Shown here piece by piece: positions 49,258 through 60,186 of a DNA stretch of 64,000 bases (position 1 is the stretch's first letter; every line of letters starts with the position of its first letter). Location of the stretch: sequence record DRR378314_1813; one strand, given 5' to 3'. Below the pieces are notes generated by a model. It was not told the origin of the DNA. It saw only the letters and a list, made by a program, of their open reading frames with translations, and made no database searches. Made by a program: the position numbers and the translations under genes.

Positions 49258-49446
49258 AAGTCGGCCACGAAACGAATAGTCATGTTGAAAAATAAATCAT
49301 ATGGGAGTCCGGCACCTACGGAAGGTTAGCACCCGTTTGGCTGCCGTCAACTGTACCTCAACTCTGTGCTCCCCCAATACCACCAATCTGTGTCTGTTCC
49401 AGCGATACCGGACGAATAGAATTTCAGGAAGCCCTGGAGGTGAGAC

Positions 49447-49638
49447 ATGAACATCGACACAGCCCTGTTTCGAAGACTGAAGCGTTATATTGAAAACCAG
49501 AAAACCCGCAAACGCCTACAAAAGCGCATGCGGGGTATGCCGACAAGAGAGTTGGATCGGTTGGCGTGGGACATCGGCACAACTAGGGCCGAGCTCATGC
49601 GGGAGGCGCGCAGGCCGTTCTGGAAGACCTGTCGCTGA
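49447..49638 (+). CDS. DUF1127-like small protein
   Basis: DIG..R..EARRPFW. Confidence 0.65.
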   Translation: MNIDTALFRRLKRYIENQKTRKRLQKRMRGMPTRELDRLAWDIGTTRAELMREARRPFWKTCR

Positions 49639-49664
49639 GCCCTGGTCGGGGCTCAGCGCAGGGA

Positions 49665-49913
49665 CTATTCGCGCCAGAAAGGCTTGCTTGCTTCCTCTGA
49701 CAGGCTGCCGTAAGGCACACCGATGTCCTTCTCGATCAAGCGGGTATCCATTTCAAACAGAGAATTGCGCAGACGGTAACGGCGTATCCAGCGCTCTGCG
49801 TAGAGTTTGAGGGTCGCCCGCACCCGCTTGAGAATTCCGATTCGGGCCGAGCCGTTTGCTGCTGGTTGCGATTGGACAAAGGACGGGGTTACGAAGCTGG
49901 CTTTCATTTTCAT
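49665..49913 (-). CDS. DUF1127-like small protein
   Basis: KDIG..EASKPFWR. Confidence 0.7.
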   Translation of the reverse strand: MKMKASFVTPSFVQSQPAANGSARIGILKRVRATLKLYAERWIRRYRLRNSLFEMDTRLIEKDIGVPYGSLSEEASKPFWRE

Positions 49914-50010
49914 CTTCCTTTAAATATGAACGATGACTACAATGAAACCATTCTCGACCCGCACTAATCGGTCGTCCATCGACAATATATGAACCCGGTG
50001 TTCGGAAAAT

Positions 50011-50895
50011 ATGAACATAAAACTGGACAGGCTCAAATCGTTTTTGTTGGTGGCTGAAGAGGCCAATCTGACTCGCGCAGCCGCACGCCGTCATTCCACG
50101 CCATCGGCGGTGAGTGAACACCTGCGGCAACTTGAGGATGAGTTCCAGGTTCTGTTATTCGAGCGAAGCAAGCAGGGTATGTCCCTGACGAGCGCAGGCG
50201 AGCGGTTGCTGTTACCGGTTCGACAGGTCTTTTCGGCTGTAGAGGATGTGCGTAATACCGCGCTGTCATTGCGCTCCGTACCCCACTCGACACTCCGGCT
50301 TGGGCTCAATTCGCCGCCCGAGTACCTGCGGGTCGACCAATTGCTGCGACAGAAAGCGGCCTCCTTGCCCCATCTCAACCTGGAAATGAAAACCCGCTCA
50401 TCAAACCAGGTGATCGAACAAGTGCTGACGGAAGAGCTGGATCTGGGGTATGTCTACGGCAACTGGGACGATCCCCGGCTCCATGTGGTGCCGCTTACGC
50501 CAGTCAGTGTTTCAGTTGTCGGCCCTGCGGATTCAGGGATCGATGTGCTACCGGCCGACTTTGAGTCCCGCCGCCTCCTACCCTGGGTATGGCCCAATCG
50601 GGAATGTCCGTTCTTCGATTTCATGGAAGAGCTGCTAGGCCCACAGGCCAGTCTTTCCGATGCAACCACCAGTTCCGACGACGAGTACTCCACGGTCGTC
50701 ATGGTTAAATCCGGTTTGGGGTTTGGCCTGGTCGAGAGGGAGTTTGCCGAGCAGTCCCAGGGGCGTGGCGGGATTCGCATCTACGATGATCCTGAGATGA
50801 TCACAAACCTCAACCTGGTGTGCGGCGTGCGGAGCTATGAGCGGTCTGAACTGCGAGCGCTGTTCGACCTTATCGTCAGTGAATGGCAACCGTAA
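50011..50895 (+). CDS. LysR-family regulator
   Basis: N-terminal HTH TRAA..PSAVS..LE..LFER. Confidence 0.92.
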   Translation: MNIKLDRLKSFLLVAEEANLTRAAARRHSTPSAVSEHLRQLEDEFQVLLFERSKQGMSLTSAGERLLLPVRQVFSAVEDVRNTALSLRSVPHSTLRLGLNSPPEYLRVDQLLRQKAASLPHLNLEMKTRSSNQVIEQVLTEELDLGYVYGNWDDPRLHVVPLTPVSVSVVGPADSGIDVLPADFESRRLLPWVWPNRECPFFDFMEELLGPQASLSDATTSSDDEYSTVVMVKSGLGFGLVEREFAEQSQGRGGIRIYDDPEMITNLNLVCGVRSYERSELRALFDLIVSEWQP

Positions 50896-50906
50896 CGGCT
50901 GTCAGC

Positions 50907-51599
50907 TTATGCCCGGGTAAATTTATTCACGGAACTGATTTCCTCACCATTCCAGATGAACTCGAAATGCGCCGTCTGGATAACGCTGCGGACATGCCTC
51001 GGAGTGAACAGCCCCCAGCAGGTATCACCCGGTTTCCGGACAGAATGGTAGTGAAGCCCTTTCGAGCCCGCCTTGTATAGCCTGCGGCCGAATGCCTGTG
51101 ATGCACTGTAACTGTCCGGGTCGTAAATGGCGTTCCCGAAAGAGAGGGTTGTGGCATCGTGCAGGTCCATGGCTCCGACTTTGCACTTTAATCCCCGGAA
51201 AACCAATCGATCGTAATCGAGGCCATGAACACCCCGCCAGTAACGTGACTGGTGATAGGAAACTTCCGCAATCGCCGTATCGATGCTCTCACCCATGTAG
51301 AGAACGCCATACTGACCATCACTGAAGCGACTGCCTTCGGGGCTTACGTGGGTAAATGGCCCGGTGGCATATGAGCAGCCGGGGATGCCGAACGGAATGT
51401 CAGTCCTAGGAATCAGGTTGAGATTACCCAACTCGGTTTGCAAACGGGGGTTGGTGAGTGCCTGGAGCTCATAGAGGGCGTCAAACTCATCCGGATCCGC
51501 TACATCATCAAACAGACTGATGGGCGGAAACCTTGAGTTGATAAGGCGAAAGCCGGTAACACTCTCAGGGGAGACGATTGGCGGCAGCTCCCGACTCAC
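50907..51599 (-). CDS. RES-domain toxin
   Basis: SRFSDG.YGVLY..AIAE..Y.SVR. Confidence 0.88.
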   Translation of the reverse strand: MSRELPPIVSPESVTGFRLINSRFPPISLFDDVADPDEFDALYELQALTNPRLQTELGNLNLIPRTDIPFGIPGCSYATGPFTHVSPEGSRFSDGQYGVLYMGESIDTAIAEVSYHQSRYWRGVHGLDYDRLVFRGLKCKVGAMDLHDATTLSFGNAIYDPDSYSASQAFGRRLYKAGSKGLHYHSVRKPGDTCWGLFTPRHVRSVIQTAHFEFIWNGEEISSVNKFTRA

Positions 51600-51997
51600 C
51601 AGAGCCCTCCACGCAATACGTCGATCCGCCTGAACGTCTCATACAGCGCAGAAAACTGACCCGAGCTGATGATCTCAAGGGGGCTCTTGCCATTAAAGTA
51701 CGGATTGTCGTTCTTCAGAGCCATAAAGCCGTAAACGTTCTTCGGGTTCTCGAAGATCATCCGCAAGCAGCCATGAATGTTCACCAGATAGCTGAGCCGT
51801 TCAACCTGGTCGTGGGTCAGGCTCGCCTGCTCCGGTGCCTTGCGATACTTGTAATACGCTGGACGCGAGATCTGCAGGATTTTCTGCACTTGCTCCGGTG
51901 TGCAGCCCCAACGGTCCATAATCCTGAACACGGTCTTGAGGCCAACGCCGGACACATTGTTTTTTTCAACAGTTGCAAGTTTCTGCGCGTTACTCAT
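51596..51997 (-). CDS. Xre/MbcA/ParS antitoxin
   Basis: ERLSYL..N..F.G.SPL; overlaps the RES gene. Confidence 0.85.
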   Translation of the reverse strand: MSNAQKLATVEKNNVSGVGLKTVFRIMDRWGCTPEQVQKILQISRPAYYKYRKAPEQASLTHDQVERLSYLVNIHGCLRMIFENPKNVYGFMALKNDNPYFNGKSPLEIISSGQFSALYETFRRIDVLRGGLW

Positions 51998-52117
51998 AAC
52001 GGATACCACCGATTTCGGGTTCCCCCCTTTGCGGGGTGCCACCCTCTGCTCTGAACACAGTATCAGTGTAGAGTACTCATGGCATTTTGTCTATATAGAG
52101 AAAGCGGCGAAATTGAC

Positions 52118-52708
52118 TCAGCCGGAATGCTCTTCAGCGAGGTCCGCCAGGCTCCTGTGCTCGCATTCCTGCTTCGCCATGAAGGCATCCGCGGAGTCGA
52201 TCAGGATATTGTCATCCCGCATAAACCGCCGCCCCAGCAAGGCCGGATAGGAGAACTTTCCACGGTCAGTGAGGGAAAACTCCGTCTCGTGACTGGTGCC
52301 TGCGATACAGAACTCCATAACGACAACAAAGCGACGCTGTGACGGTGCGCCTTTGCGCTTGATTTTTACCGTACGCTCAACAGGTAGACTGAACTCCAGG
52401 ATCACCTCTTCCAGGTCTTTGCCCTCGGCATCGTCCTCATCCTGATGATCGGCCAGTGGCAGCTGAAAACTGACCCACTCTTCCTCGCCCTTCTTGAAAG
52501 GTTCGACGTTGATTGCGTGCAACGACGAGGTTTTCGCTCCGGTGTCCAGCCGCGCCTTCATTCGCAAGCCGGTACCATCAAGCACCATCCATTCTACGAA
52601 GCCAAGTGTTTCGGGAATCGACGAGTCGCTTTCAGCCTCCTCGGCCATGGCAATGGCAGGAATCAGAAAAAGCGCTGCGACAACGTATTTTTTGCAGTCC
52701 GTCAACAT
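52118..52708 (-). CDS. Putative protease (RimK-associated retropepsin-like / Zn_protease family)
   Basis: ARLDTGAKTSS, LTDR..Y..LLGR. Confidence 0.85.
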   Translation of the reverse strand: MLTDCKKYVVAALFLIPAIAMAEEAESDSSIPETLGFVEWMVLDGTGLRMKARLDTGAKTSSLHAINVEPFKKGEEEWVSFQLPLADHQDEDDAEGKDLEEVILEFSLPVERTVKIKRKGAPSQRRFVVVMEFCIAGTSHETEFSLTDRGKFSYPALLGRRFMRDDNILIDSADAFMAKQECEHRSLADLAEEHSG

Positions 52709-53283
52709 TCAAAATCCTTAGTTGCGAAGTGTTTGAGTTCGGGAAAGAAGCTCAGAAACCGGCGCTCGAGCTCCTGATCGTGCGTTTTTATCTCCTCAAT
52801 GATCCCACCGAACCCGTTCCTGAACCGTATACGGTTGGCAACCCGATCCAGAGCATACCCAATGTTGTCCAGGTCCCTGTAGGAGTGGAACCAATCGTGG
52901 TGGACGATCTGCTGGGTAACCTTCTGCATCCGATCCGGCATCAGCGAGGTATTGGCATCAAGTTCCCGGTATACCTGGGCGATGAAGATACCGGAATCCA
53001 CATGACTGAAGTGTTGCCAGTTTCTTAACAGGTAGTGATCGTAGAGGATGTCCAGGGCAACGCCTGCGAAGCGTCGGCGCTGGGGAGAGAACAGCTTTTT
53101 GCTGGCTATGACTTGCGGGTGCTGGTCGGTAAACGCATCCACGGCCCTGTGATGCCGTAACCCCACCCTGACCTCCCTGGGTAGCTCTTCCGGCACAATA
53201 CCCCGTGCAAAGTCCCCAAGCAGGCTTCCAACGCGAGCCTCAGGGCTGTCTGGCGCTAAGAATAGATGGGCGAGGTGGTTCAA
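52702..53283 (-). CDS. acpH: ACP phosphodiesterase
   Basis: NHLAHL..GDF..HRAVDAFTD..DILYDH. Confidence 0.85.
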   Translation of the reverse strand: MNHLAHLFLAPDSPEARVGSLLGDFARGIVPEELPREVRVGLRHHRAVDAFTDQHPQVIASKKLFSPQRRRFAGVALDILYDHYLLRNWQHFSHVDSGIFIAQVYRELDANTSLMPDRMQKVTQQIVHHDWFHSYRDLDNIGYALDRVANRIRFRNGFGGIIEEIKTHDQELERRFLSFFPELKHFATKDFEC

Positions 53284-53352
53284 ATTCGCTCCCGTTACGT
53301 TGACGACGAACCGGCCCCGCCGACAACGTAGCGATTGACCCGGCAACCTGGA

Positions 53353-53898
53353 TCAGAAGTTGAAGGTTACGCCCAGCCCAAGGCCGTCAACGGTGGAGCC
53401 GTCTTTGTCATAGTAACGCATGTATTCAACGTTGCCAGACACATCAGGTGACAGTTCAACATTTACACCCGCGCCGTAGGAAAAATCCGACTCATCCTCC
53501 GTGGTTGTGCCCAAAAAAGACTCCGCTTCCACTTCAACCCGGGTAAAGCCAAAAATGGCGTAGGGAGTTGCGGGCGATTCGTTCGCAAGATTCAGCGTGG
53601 CATAGCCACCGAAGAAATTGTCCAGCGAGTAATCGACGCCACCTATGCGGTCATCATCAACCCCGAAGCCGGCACGGGCTTCCAGGCCGAAAAAGGGCGT
53701 CACCAAACCACCCACTTTCGCAGACAGCGTTCCAACATCCACATCATCACGGCCGTTTTCGATATTGATGAAGCTGTAGTTCAGGCCTGCATAAAGATCG
53801 GCACCGCCGGATTTGTAGACATCGGCTGATGCACTCTGTGAGGCGACCGCCAGGGGCAAGGTGGCAAGGCCAACCATCAGTGCAATGGGCTTATTCAT
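53353..53898 (-). CDS. Outer-membrane beta-barrel protein
   Basis: Signal peptide, amphipathic strands, C-terminal FNF. Confidence 0.85.
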   Translation of the reverse strand: MNKPIALMVGLATLPLAVASQSASADVYKSGGADLYAGLNYSFINIENGRDDVDVGTLSAKVGGLVTPFFGLEARAGFGVDDDRIGGVDYSLDNFFGGYATLNLANESPATPYAIFGFTRVEVEAESFLGTTTEDESDFSYGAGVNVELSPDVSGNVEYMRYYDKDGSTVDGLGLGVTFNF

Positions 53899-54067
53899 AG
53901 TGAACACTCCTGTTGATATCAGAACCGGACTCTTAATCCGAAATTGCACCATGCTGACGACAAACACCAGCAGCCGGATCCTCATTTACGCGGAATTTAC
54001 AGTGATTTAATGTATCTGTAAGACCCTGACACACCGCGGGTTCCACCTTGCGAAAGCCTGAAGCCGC

Positions 54068-55567
54068 ATGTATTCTGACGCCGTCTCTCTGTTCAGCCGG
54101 CTAGAGCGTCCTTTGAGAAACCTGAACCCCGTCATCTTTATCATGAGCGTCATGTTTATACTCCTGAGTATTTTCATGACCTTGCCAGTGCTTCTTCTTA
54201 TAAGCTCTGAGTCGCCGAATGCCATGGCGTTCGCGGAATCTGCGGCCATCTGTTTCGGCATCGGACTGCTTGGCATCCTGGCAACCTACCGCCAGGCTCG
54301 GGATCTGAAGCCGCGTTACATGTTTGTTCTGACGGTCTCTAGCTGGTTTATCATCGCCCTGCTTTCCTCCTTGCCGTTCTACCTCAGTGATCTCGGGCTT
54401 ACATTGGGCGAAGCCTTTTTTGAAGGCACCTCGGGCATCACCACCACCGGCGCTACTGTGCTGACCGGCCTGGACACCATGGATCAGGACCTGCTGCTCT
54501 GGCGATCGGTACTGCAGTGGATCGGCGGTATCGGGATCATCGGCATGTTCGTTGCGGTCCTGCCCTTCCTTCGAGTGGGCGGTATGCGGCTTTTTGCAAC
54601 GGAGTCGTCGGAATGGACCGACAAGGCCCTGCCGCGGATGAAAACCCTCAGCCGCGGCCTGCTGTTCGTTTACCTGGTGTTTTCGGTGCTTGCAGTAACC
54701 ATCTACTGGTTGTCGGGCATGAGCCTGTTTGACGCCTTTAACCACGGCCTGACCAGCATTGCGACCGGCGGCTTCTCGACGTCCGACCTTTCCATGGGCA
54801 AGTTCGACTCCAACCTCATCCTGCTGGAAGCCACGCTGTTCATGATGATTGGCAGCATGCCCTTCTTCCTGTTCGTGCGGGAAATGCACGGCCAACATGG
54901 CGTGTTGTTCCGGGACCAGCAGGTGCGGCTATTCGTCACCATTCTATTGGTGATCCCAGCGTTGCTGACGCTTCATCGCTGGTATGTGTCGCCAAGCGGA
55001 TTTGACGTGGTTGATGGGTACGTCTCGACCCTGTTCAACGTTACGTCGGTGGTCACCACCACGGGCTATGCTTCGGAAGATTATTCGGCCTGGGGGCCCC
55101 TTGCATTCGTGGTGTTTTTCTTCCTGATGTTCATCGGTGGCTGTTCCGGCTCAACCGCTGGCGGCATGAAGATCTTCCGTTTCCAGCTTTCACTGATCGT
55201 TCTGCGTGAACAGCTCATGCGTCTTCTGCACCCCAGGGCCGTGTTCACACGCAACTACAACGGGCGCGCCGTCAGTGACGAAATCATCTCCTCGATGATC
55301 GCGTACACCTTCATCTTCCTGCTGTGCCTGCTGATCATTACCGTGGCATTGGCCGCGCTTCAGCTCGACTTTATCACCAGCCTGTCTGGCGCCCTGACGG
55401 TTCTGACGAATGTTGGCCCGGGGCTTGGTGGCACAATCGGGCCGGCGGGTAACTTCGCGCCCCTGCCGGAATTGGCAAAATGGATACTGTCGGTGGGTAT
55501 GCTGATGGGCCGTCTGGAAATTCTGAGTGTGGTGATCGTGCTGTCACCCGCGTTCTGGCGGAGCTGA
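54068..55567 (+). CDS. trkH: Trk potassium uptake membrane protein
   Basis: SGITTTGA, ATGGFS, TTTGY, GSTAGGMK, GRLE. Confidence 0.93.
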   Translation: MYSDAVSLFSRLERPLRNLNPVIFIMSVMFILLSIFMTLPVLLLISSESPNAMAFAESAAICFGIGLLGILATYRQARDLKPRYMFVLTVSSWFIIALLSSLPFYLSDLGLTLGEAFFEGTSGITTTGATVLTGLDTMDQDLLLWRSVLQWIGGIGIIGMFVAVLPFLRVGGMRLFATESSEWTDKALPRMKTLSRGLLFVYLVFSVLAVTIYWLSGMSLFDAFNHGLTSIATGGFSTSDLSMGKFDSNLILLEATLFMMIGSMPFFLFVREMHGQHGVLFRDQQVRLFVTILLVIPALLTLHRWYVSPSGFDVVDGYVSTLFNVTSVVTTTGYASEDYSAWGPLAFVVFFFLMFIGGCSGSTAGGMKIFRFQLSLIVLREQLMRLLHPRAVFTRNYNGRAVSDEIISSMIAYTFIFLLCLLIITVALAALQLDFITSLSGALTVLTNVGPGLGGTIGPAGNFAPLPELAKWILSVGMLMGRLEILSVVIVLSPAFWRS

Positions 55568-55612
55568 GGCAATACGCCCCGGGCTCCGCCGACGTGCGGC
55601 AGGAAACGTTCG

Positions 55613-56272
55613 CTAGAGCACGTTTTCGCGAAGGAATTGGCCAATATCGACAATCTCCTCCATGCACACGCTGTGTTCCATCGGATAGGTCTGATACGTT
55701 GGCTCAAACCCCATCTCGGTTAATGTCTCAACGCTCTGCCGCCCCAGTGCCTCGGGCACCATCGGATCAAAGGTGCCATGATAGATTCTGATGGGGATAT
55801 CACGGTTGGCCTCAGACCGCTTCACGGTCTTGGCTGTGGCGAAGTACGTTGACAGTGCAATCAGGCCCGCCAGGCGCTTGGGGTAGCTCAACCCCAGTTC
55901 GTAAGCCACTGCGCCACCCTGGGAAAAGCCGGCGATGACAATATTCTCGCTTTTTACCCCGCGCTCGATTTCCCGGTCCACCAACTTGGCGACGGCATCA
56001 GACGAGGCCATCAACTGGTCAGTGTCCACCACCCGGTCAATATCCATTGCCTTGATGTCGTACCAGGCCGGCATGGTCATTCCACCATTGATGGTGACCG
56101 GCATATTCGGGGCGTGGGGAAAGATGAATCGAACCGCAGCATCCTCCGGCAGACCTAGTTCCGGCACAACCGGCTCGAAATCGTGGCCGCTGGCCCCCAG
56201 GCCATGAAGCCAGATAACTGACGCCGTTGGATTAGGGTTGGTTTCCAACTCGATATATTGAAGTTCTTGCAC
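55613..56272 (-). CDS. Carboxylesterase (alpha/beta hydrolase)
   Basis: HGLGA, GFSQG, HG..D, H. Confidence 0.9.
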   Translation of the reverse strand: MQELQYIELETNPNPTASVIWLHGLGASGHDFEPVVPELGLPEDAAVRFIFPHAPNMPVTINGGMTMPAWYDIKAMDIDRVVDTDQLMASSDAVAKLVDREIERGVKSENIVIAGFSQGGAVAYELGLSYPKRLAGLIALSTYFATAKTVKRSEANRDIPIRIYHGTFDPMVPEALGRQSVETLTEMGFEPTYQTYPMEHSVCMEEIVDIGQFLRENVL

Positions 56273-56287
56273 AAAATACCTCGGATA

Positions 56288-57493
56288 TCAGGAGTGTTCC
56301 GTTTGTGTGTCCGTCGAGCCGTTATGGGCTTCAAGTGCCGTGACCACCGGGTTGGCATACATGTCCAACAGATAAGGGCGAATGGCCGGGTCGCAGGCGT
56401 CCAGGCGCCGCTCCATCTCAGCTTCGGCAGCGTCTATCTCCGCCGCTGACCATGCCTCTGCCGTGACCACTGCATCGGTCACTGAATCCCTGCTGGCGTG
56501 TGAGTCCGGGTGAATGCCGCGTTGCTGATACGCCACCAGATTGGATGTGTGGAGATGGTAGTTCGCATGCATCTCCCGATCGATCCTGGCCGCCAGTTCC
56601 TTGGGGGTGTTCTCGGCGTCCGCAATGGGCGCGCCGAAATGAACGTGAACATGCCCCTTGAAGCCGGTCAGGCCACGCATGATCTGTTCGGTATCCTCAC
56701 CTTCCGCCTTGATGTACTTGCCGGTTCGCGCGCGGGTTTCCAGTTCCCGCGCCTTGTCGACATCACAGGGATCGTACTCATAGGCAATGGAGACCGGCAC
56801 GATGTGCAGCCGGTTCATGGCGTCCCCGAAATCCAGGCCGCTTTTCTTCTGGCTCATGTAAAACATCTTGATAATGGCGGGATCGGTAAAATCCAACCCG
56901 TCCTTGGCGCGCCCTTCGCGCTGGGCAATCCAGATGCTTTCGTTGTTCTCGATACTGTGGTTGATAAACGCCGAGAGCATGATGTAGGCGTCCCGCATTT
57001 CACGGGGGCTGGTCATACTGCGGCGCACCACAAAGCTTTTGTTCAGCCGCATCATCTCGGCAAACACGCGATTGGCCAGCAAGTTGTCGCCAATGGCGAT
57101 ACGGGTGGTGTTAAAGCCATTCGCAAACAGCAGGTAGTTGACCACCATCGGGTCGAACACAATGTCCCGGTGGTTGGAAATGAACAGATGGGCCGTCTTT
57201 TTGTCGAGGTTATCCAGGCCGCTGTGGGTCACCCGAGTGGTGGTATGGTCGACCAGTTCACCCACGTAACCTGACAATTGGGCCTGAAGGTCGTCAATGC
57301 GGGTAAGCCCGCCAAAATGGCTGGTCAGCCAGCGCCTGACCCATACCCTGAGCACGGCGGGCGCCCACTTGGCCAATGTAGGCGACTTGAAGCGGCCAAT
57401 CATATCCAGAAATTCCGGATCTCTGACCAGATTATTGATGGCCGTTCCGGTTTCCTCGTCCGAATAGGGACGAATGGCGTCAAATTCCTGCAT
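56288..57493 (-). CDS. Glycerolipid acyltransferase
   Basis: NHRDIVFD (HX4D), QREGR. Confidence 0.88.
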   Translation of the reverse strand: MQEFDAIRPYSDEETGTAINNLVRDPEFLDMIGRFKSPTLAKWAPAVLRVWVRRWLTSHFGGLTRIDDLQAQLSGYVGELVDHTTTRVTHSGLDNLDKKTAHLFISNHRDIVFDPMVVNYLLFANGFNTTRIAIGDNLLANRVFAEMMRLNKSFVVRRSMTSPREMRDAYIMLSAFINHSIENNESIWIAQREGRAKDGLDFTDPAIIKMFYMSQKKSGLDFGDAMNRLHIVPVSIAYEYDPCDVDKARELETRARTGKYIKAEGEDTEQIMRGLTGFKGHVHVHFGAPIADAENTPKELAARIDREMHANYHLHTSNLVAYQQRGIHPDSHASRDSVTDAVVTAEAWSAAEIDAAEAEMERRLDACDPAIRPYLLDMYANPVVTALEAHNGSTDTQTEHS

Positions 57494-57587
57494 GGAGTTC
57501 CTGTTTGTTGGGTGCAGAAAAAAGGCGCATTGTAGCGTTTATAAGGTTTGTTTGTCTCCGCCGATTCCGTGACAGGATTCTGGTATC

Positions 57588-59501
57588 ATGGCTCGCCTGC
57601 CAGAACGGCATGTTCTACCGTCAACCAACACCGCCGGCCAAGTCATGGATTTTGCACAACTGAGCACAGAGCGCCCCCGTGTTTCCGATCAGGACCCGGA
57701 AGAGGTCCTGCACCGCGTTTTCGGCTACGAAACCTTCCGGCCCCTTCAGGGGGATATTATCCGCGAGGTCGTCAATGGGGGCGATGCGCTGGTATTGATG
57801 CCCACCGGCGGTGGTAAATCCCTGTGCTACCAAGTACCGGCACTGGTCCGTACCGGAACGGCTATCGTGATTTCCCCGCTGATCGCGCTGATGCAGGATC
57901 AGGTAGCGGCACTGAGGGAGTTGGGCGTAAAGGCCGCCTTTCTCAACTCCACCATGGATTTCGAGCAGGCCCGGGACACCGAAAACGCGCTCATGACGGG
58001 TGAGCTTGATCTGCTTTACTGCGCACCTGAACGTCTCATCCAGCCACGCACGCTGGATCTGTTGCATGATGCCAATATTTCCCTGTTTGCCATCGATGAG
58101 GCCCACTGCGTATCCCAGTGGGGGCATGACTTCCGCTCCGACTACCTGGAGCTGAGCCGGCTGGCCCATGAATTTCCCGGCATACCTCGCATTGCCCTCA
58201 CGGCCACCGCGGACGAACGCACTCGAAAGGAAATCGCCGAACGACTCTCCCTCACAGAGGCCCGGCACTTCATCAGCGGTTTCGACCGACCGAACATCCA
58301 ATATCGCATTGCGCCAAAAACCAATGCGAACAAGCAATTACTCGACTTTATTAAAGCCGAACATGAGGGTGATTGCGGCATCGTGTACTGCCTGTCCCGC
58401 AATAAAGTAGACAATACCGCGAAGATGCTCAGCGACAAAGGCTACACCGCTCTGCCCTACCATGCCGGCCTTAGCGGCGTTGATCGCGCGCGACACCAGG
58501 AACGCTTCCTTCGGGAAGACGGTGTGATCATCGTGGCCACCATTGCCTTTGGCATGGGCATCGACAAACCCGATGTGCGATTCGTGGCCCACCTGGATCT
58601 GCCAAAAAGCCTGGAGGCCTATTACCAGGAAACTGGCCGCGCCGGCCGTGATGGCAAGCCCTCCACCGCCTGGATGGTTTATGGTCTGCAGGATGTGATC
58701 AAACTCCGCCAGATGCTAGAGGGGTCCATGGGCAATGACCACTTCAAACGTGTTGAACGTCAGAAGCTGGACGCCATGCTGGGCCTGTGCGAAGTTACAA
58801 GCTGCCGGCGCCAGGTGCTGTTGCGCTACTTTGGCGACACCCTGGAACAGCCCTGCGGCAATTGCGACACCTGCCTGACCCCACCGGAAACCTGGGACGG
58901 CAAGGTCGCCGTTCAGAAGGCGCTTTCCTGCGTATTCCGCACCGGCCAGCGATTCGGCGTCACCTACCTGATTGACGTTCTGCGTGGCTCTGAGAATGAA
59001 CGCATTCTTCAGTCCGGTCACCAAAAGGTATCCACCTACGGCATCGGCACCGAGCTGTCGGCCAACGACTGGAAGTCGGTCTACCGGCAGCTTGTGGCCA
59101 ATGGTTACCTGAGGGCGGACCCGGAGGGCTACGGCGCGCTGCAGCTCACCGAAGAGTGCCGCCCGCTGCTCAAGGGCGACGTGCCTATCCAGTTGCGCAA
59201 AGACCCTGTGGTAAAAGCGTCAGGCAGCCGTGGTCCTTCCGGATCTGGCCGCCGCAAGATCGCTGATCAGATCACCGACAAGGTGGGCTGGGAAGCCCTG
59301 CGGGCCTGCCGGAAGTCTCTTGCGGACGACAAGGGCGTTCCGCCCTATGTGATTTTCCACGATGCCACCTTGTTCGAAATCCTTGAAAAACGGCCGAACA
59401 GTCTGGCGGAAATGGCGGAGATCAACGGTGTCGGCGCCGCAAAGCTGGAGAAGTATGGGGAGACATTCCTCGCCGCCCTGCAGGAGCTGGACGGCGCCTG
59501 A
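57588..59501 (+). CDS. recQ: DNA helicase RecQ
   Basis: [25 protein letters not shown] Cys, HRDC; start may be 57645. Confidence 0.96.
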   Translation: MARLPERHVLPSTNTAGQVMDFAQLSTERPRVSDQDPEEVLHRVFGYETFRPLQGDIIREVVNGGDALVLMPTGGGKSLCYQVPALVRTGTAIVISPLIALMQDQVAALRELGVKAAFLNSTMDFEQARDTENALMTGELDLLYCAPERLIQPRTLDLLHDANISLFAIDEAHCVSQWGHDFRSDYLELSRLAHEFPGIPRIALTATADERTRKEIAERLSLTEARHFISGFDRPNIQYRIAPKTNANKQLLDFIKAEHEGDCGIVYCLSRNKVDNTAKMLSDKGYTALPYHAGLSGVDRARHQERFLREDGVIIVATIAFGMGIDKPDVRFVAHLDLPKSLEAYYQETGRAGRDGKPSTAWMVYGLQDVIKLRQMLEGSMGNDHFKRVERQKLDAMLGLCEVTSCRRQVLLRYFGDTLEQPCGNCDTCLTPPETWDGKVAVQKALSCVFRTGQRFGVTYLIDVLRGSENERILQSGHQKVSTYGIGTELSANDWKSVYRQLVANGYLRADPEGYGALQLTEECRPLLKGDVPIQLRKDPVVKASGSRGPSGSGRRKIADQITDKVGWEALRACRKSLADDKGVPPYVIFHDATLFEILEKRPNSLAEMAEINGVGAAKLEKYGETFLAALQELDGA

Positions 59502-59516
59502 TCCAGGCGGCCCGGG

Positions 59517-60068
59517 CTATTGGGCCGCGAGTCCCTTCTTGCGAACGCGATAATGGGCGATTGAAGTCGCAACGTGATTGCCGTCGCTGTCGTACAGAGT
59601 CCCTTCCAACTCAAAGGCCGCCCTGCCTGTCTGATCAGCGTCAGCCTTGATGGCTTCCACCGTGGCGGCGTCCAATGAGAACTCCACAAATACATCCGAA
59701 TTGGCCGGCTGAAGAAACTGAAGCGTCATTTCCTTGAGAATGGGCGTATAGGCCGGGCCCAGATCGAACAGCGTCAATACGCCACCAGGAATTTCCGCCA
59801 CCAGGAAATAGGCCCCCGCGTACAGGCTACCAAAGTGGTTCTTGTTTCCTTTCAGGCGTATTCGGGCCTTCACAAACCCCGGGCGGACTTCTTCAACCCG
59901 GAACCCATTACGTGGCGCAAAGGGGATCGACAAGCCAATAATCCGGTTGACCGCCGCGTAGCCGCTGGTTTTGCGGAGCCAGGCTAACGGTTGGGTCATT
60001 TTCGCCCCAGGATCCGAAGCAGACACCCATTGGCCGGTTGCACCAATCAGATTATCGATCAACGCCAT
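59517..60068 (-). CDS. Hotdog-fold thioesterase-like protein (DUF4442)
   Basis: NKNHFGSLYAGA..AE. Confidence 0.8.
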   Translation of the reverse strand: MALIDNLIGATGQWVSASDPGAKMTQPLAWLRKTSGYAAVNRIIGLSIPFAPRNGFRVEEVRPGFVKARIRLKGNKNHFGSLYAGAYFLVAEIPGGVLTLFDLGPAYTPILKEMTLQFLQPANSDVFVEFSLDAATVEAIKADADQTGRAAFELEGTLYDSDGNHVATSIAHYRVRKKGLAAQ

Positions 60069-60186
60069 GCTTTTTACCTTTTGTCGTAAAACTTTCATGA
60101 TTGCAGGCGCTCGAATGATATCGCAACTGTTTTCGGGATTTTTTCCGACAAACCCTTCCCCGGAGTTGAAATTCACCTAAACTGTT

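Noticed and set aside
52051-52066. CTG-N10-CAG upstream of the xre-RES operon as a LexA box
   Set aside because: Both half-sites deviate from CTGT/ACAG.
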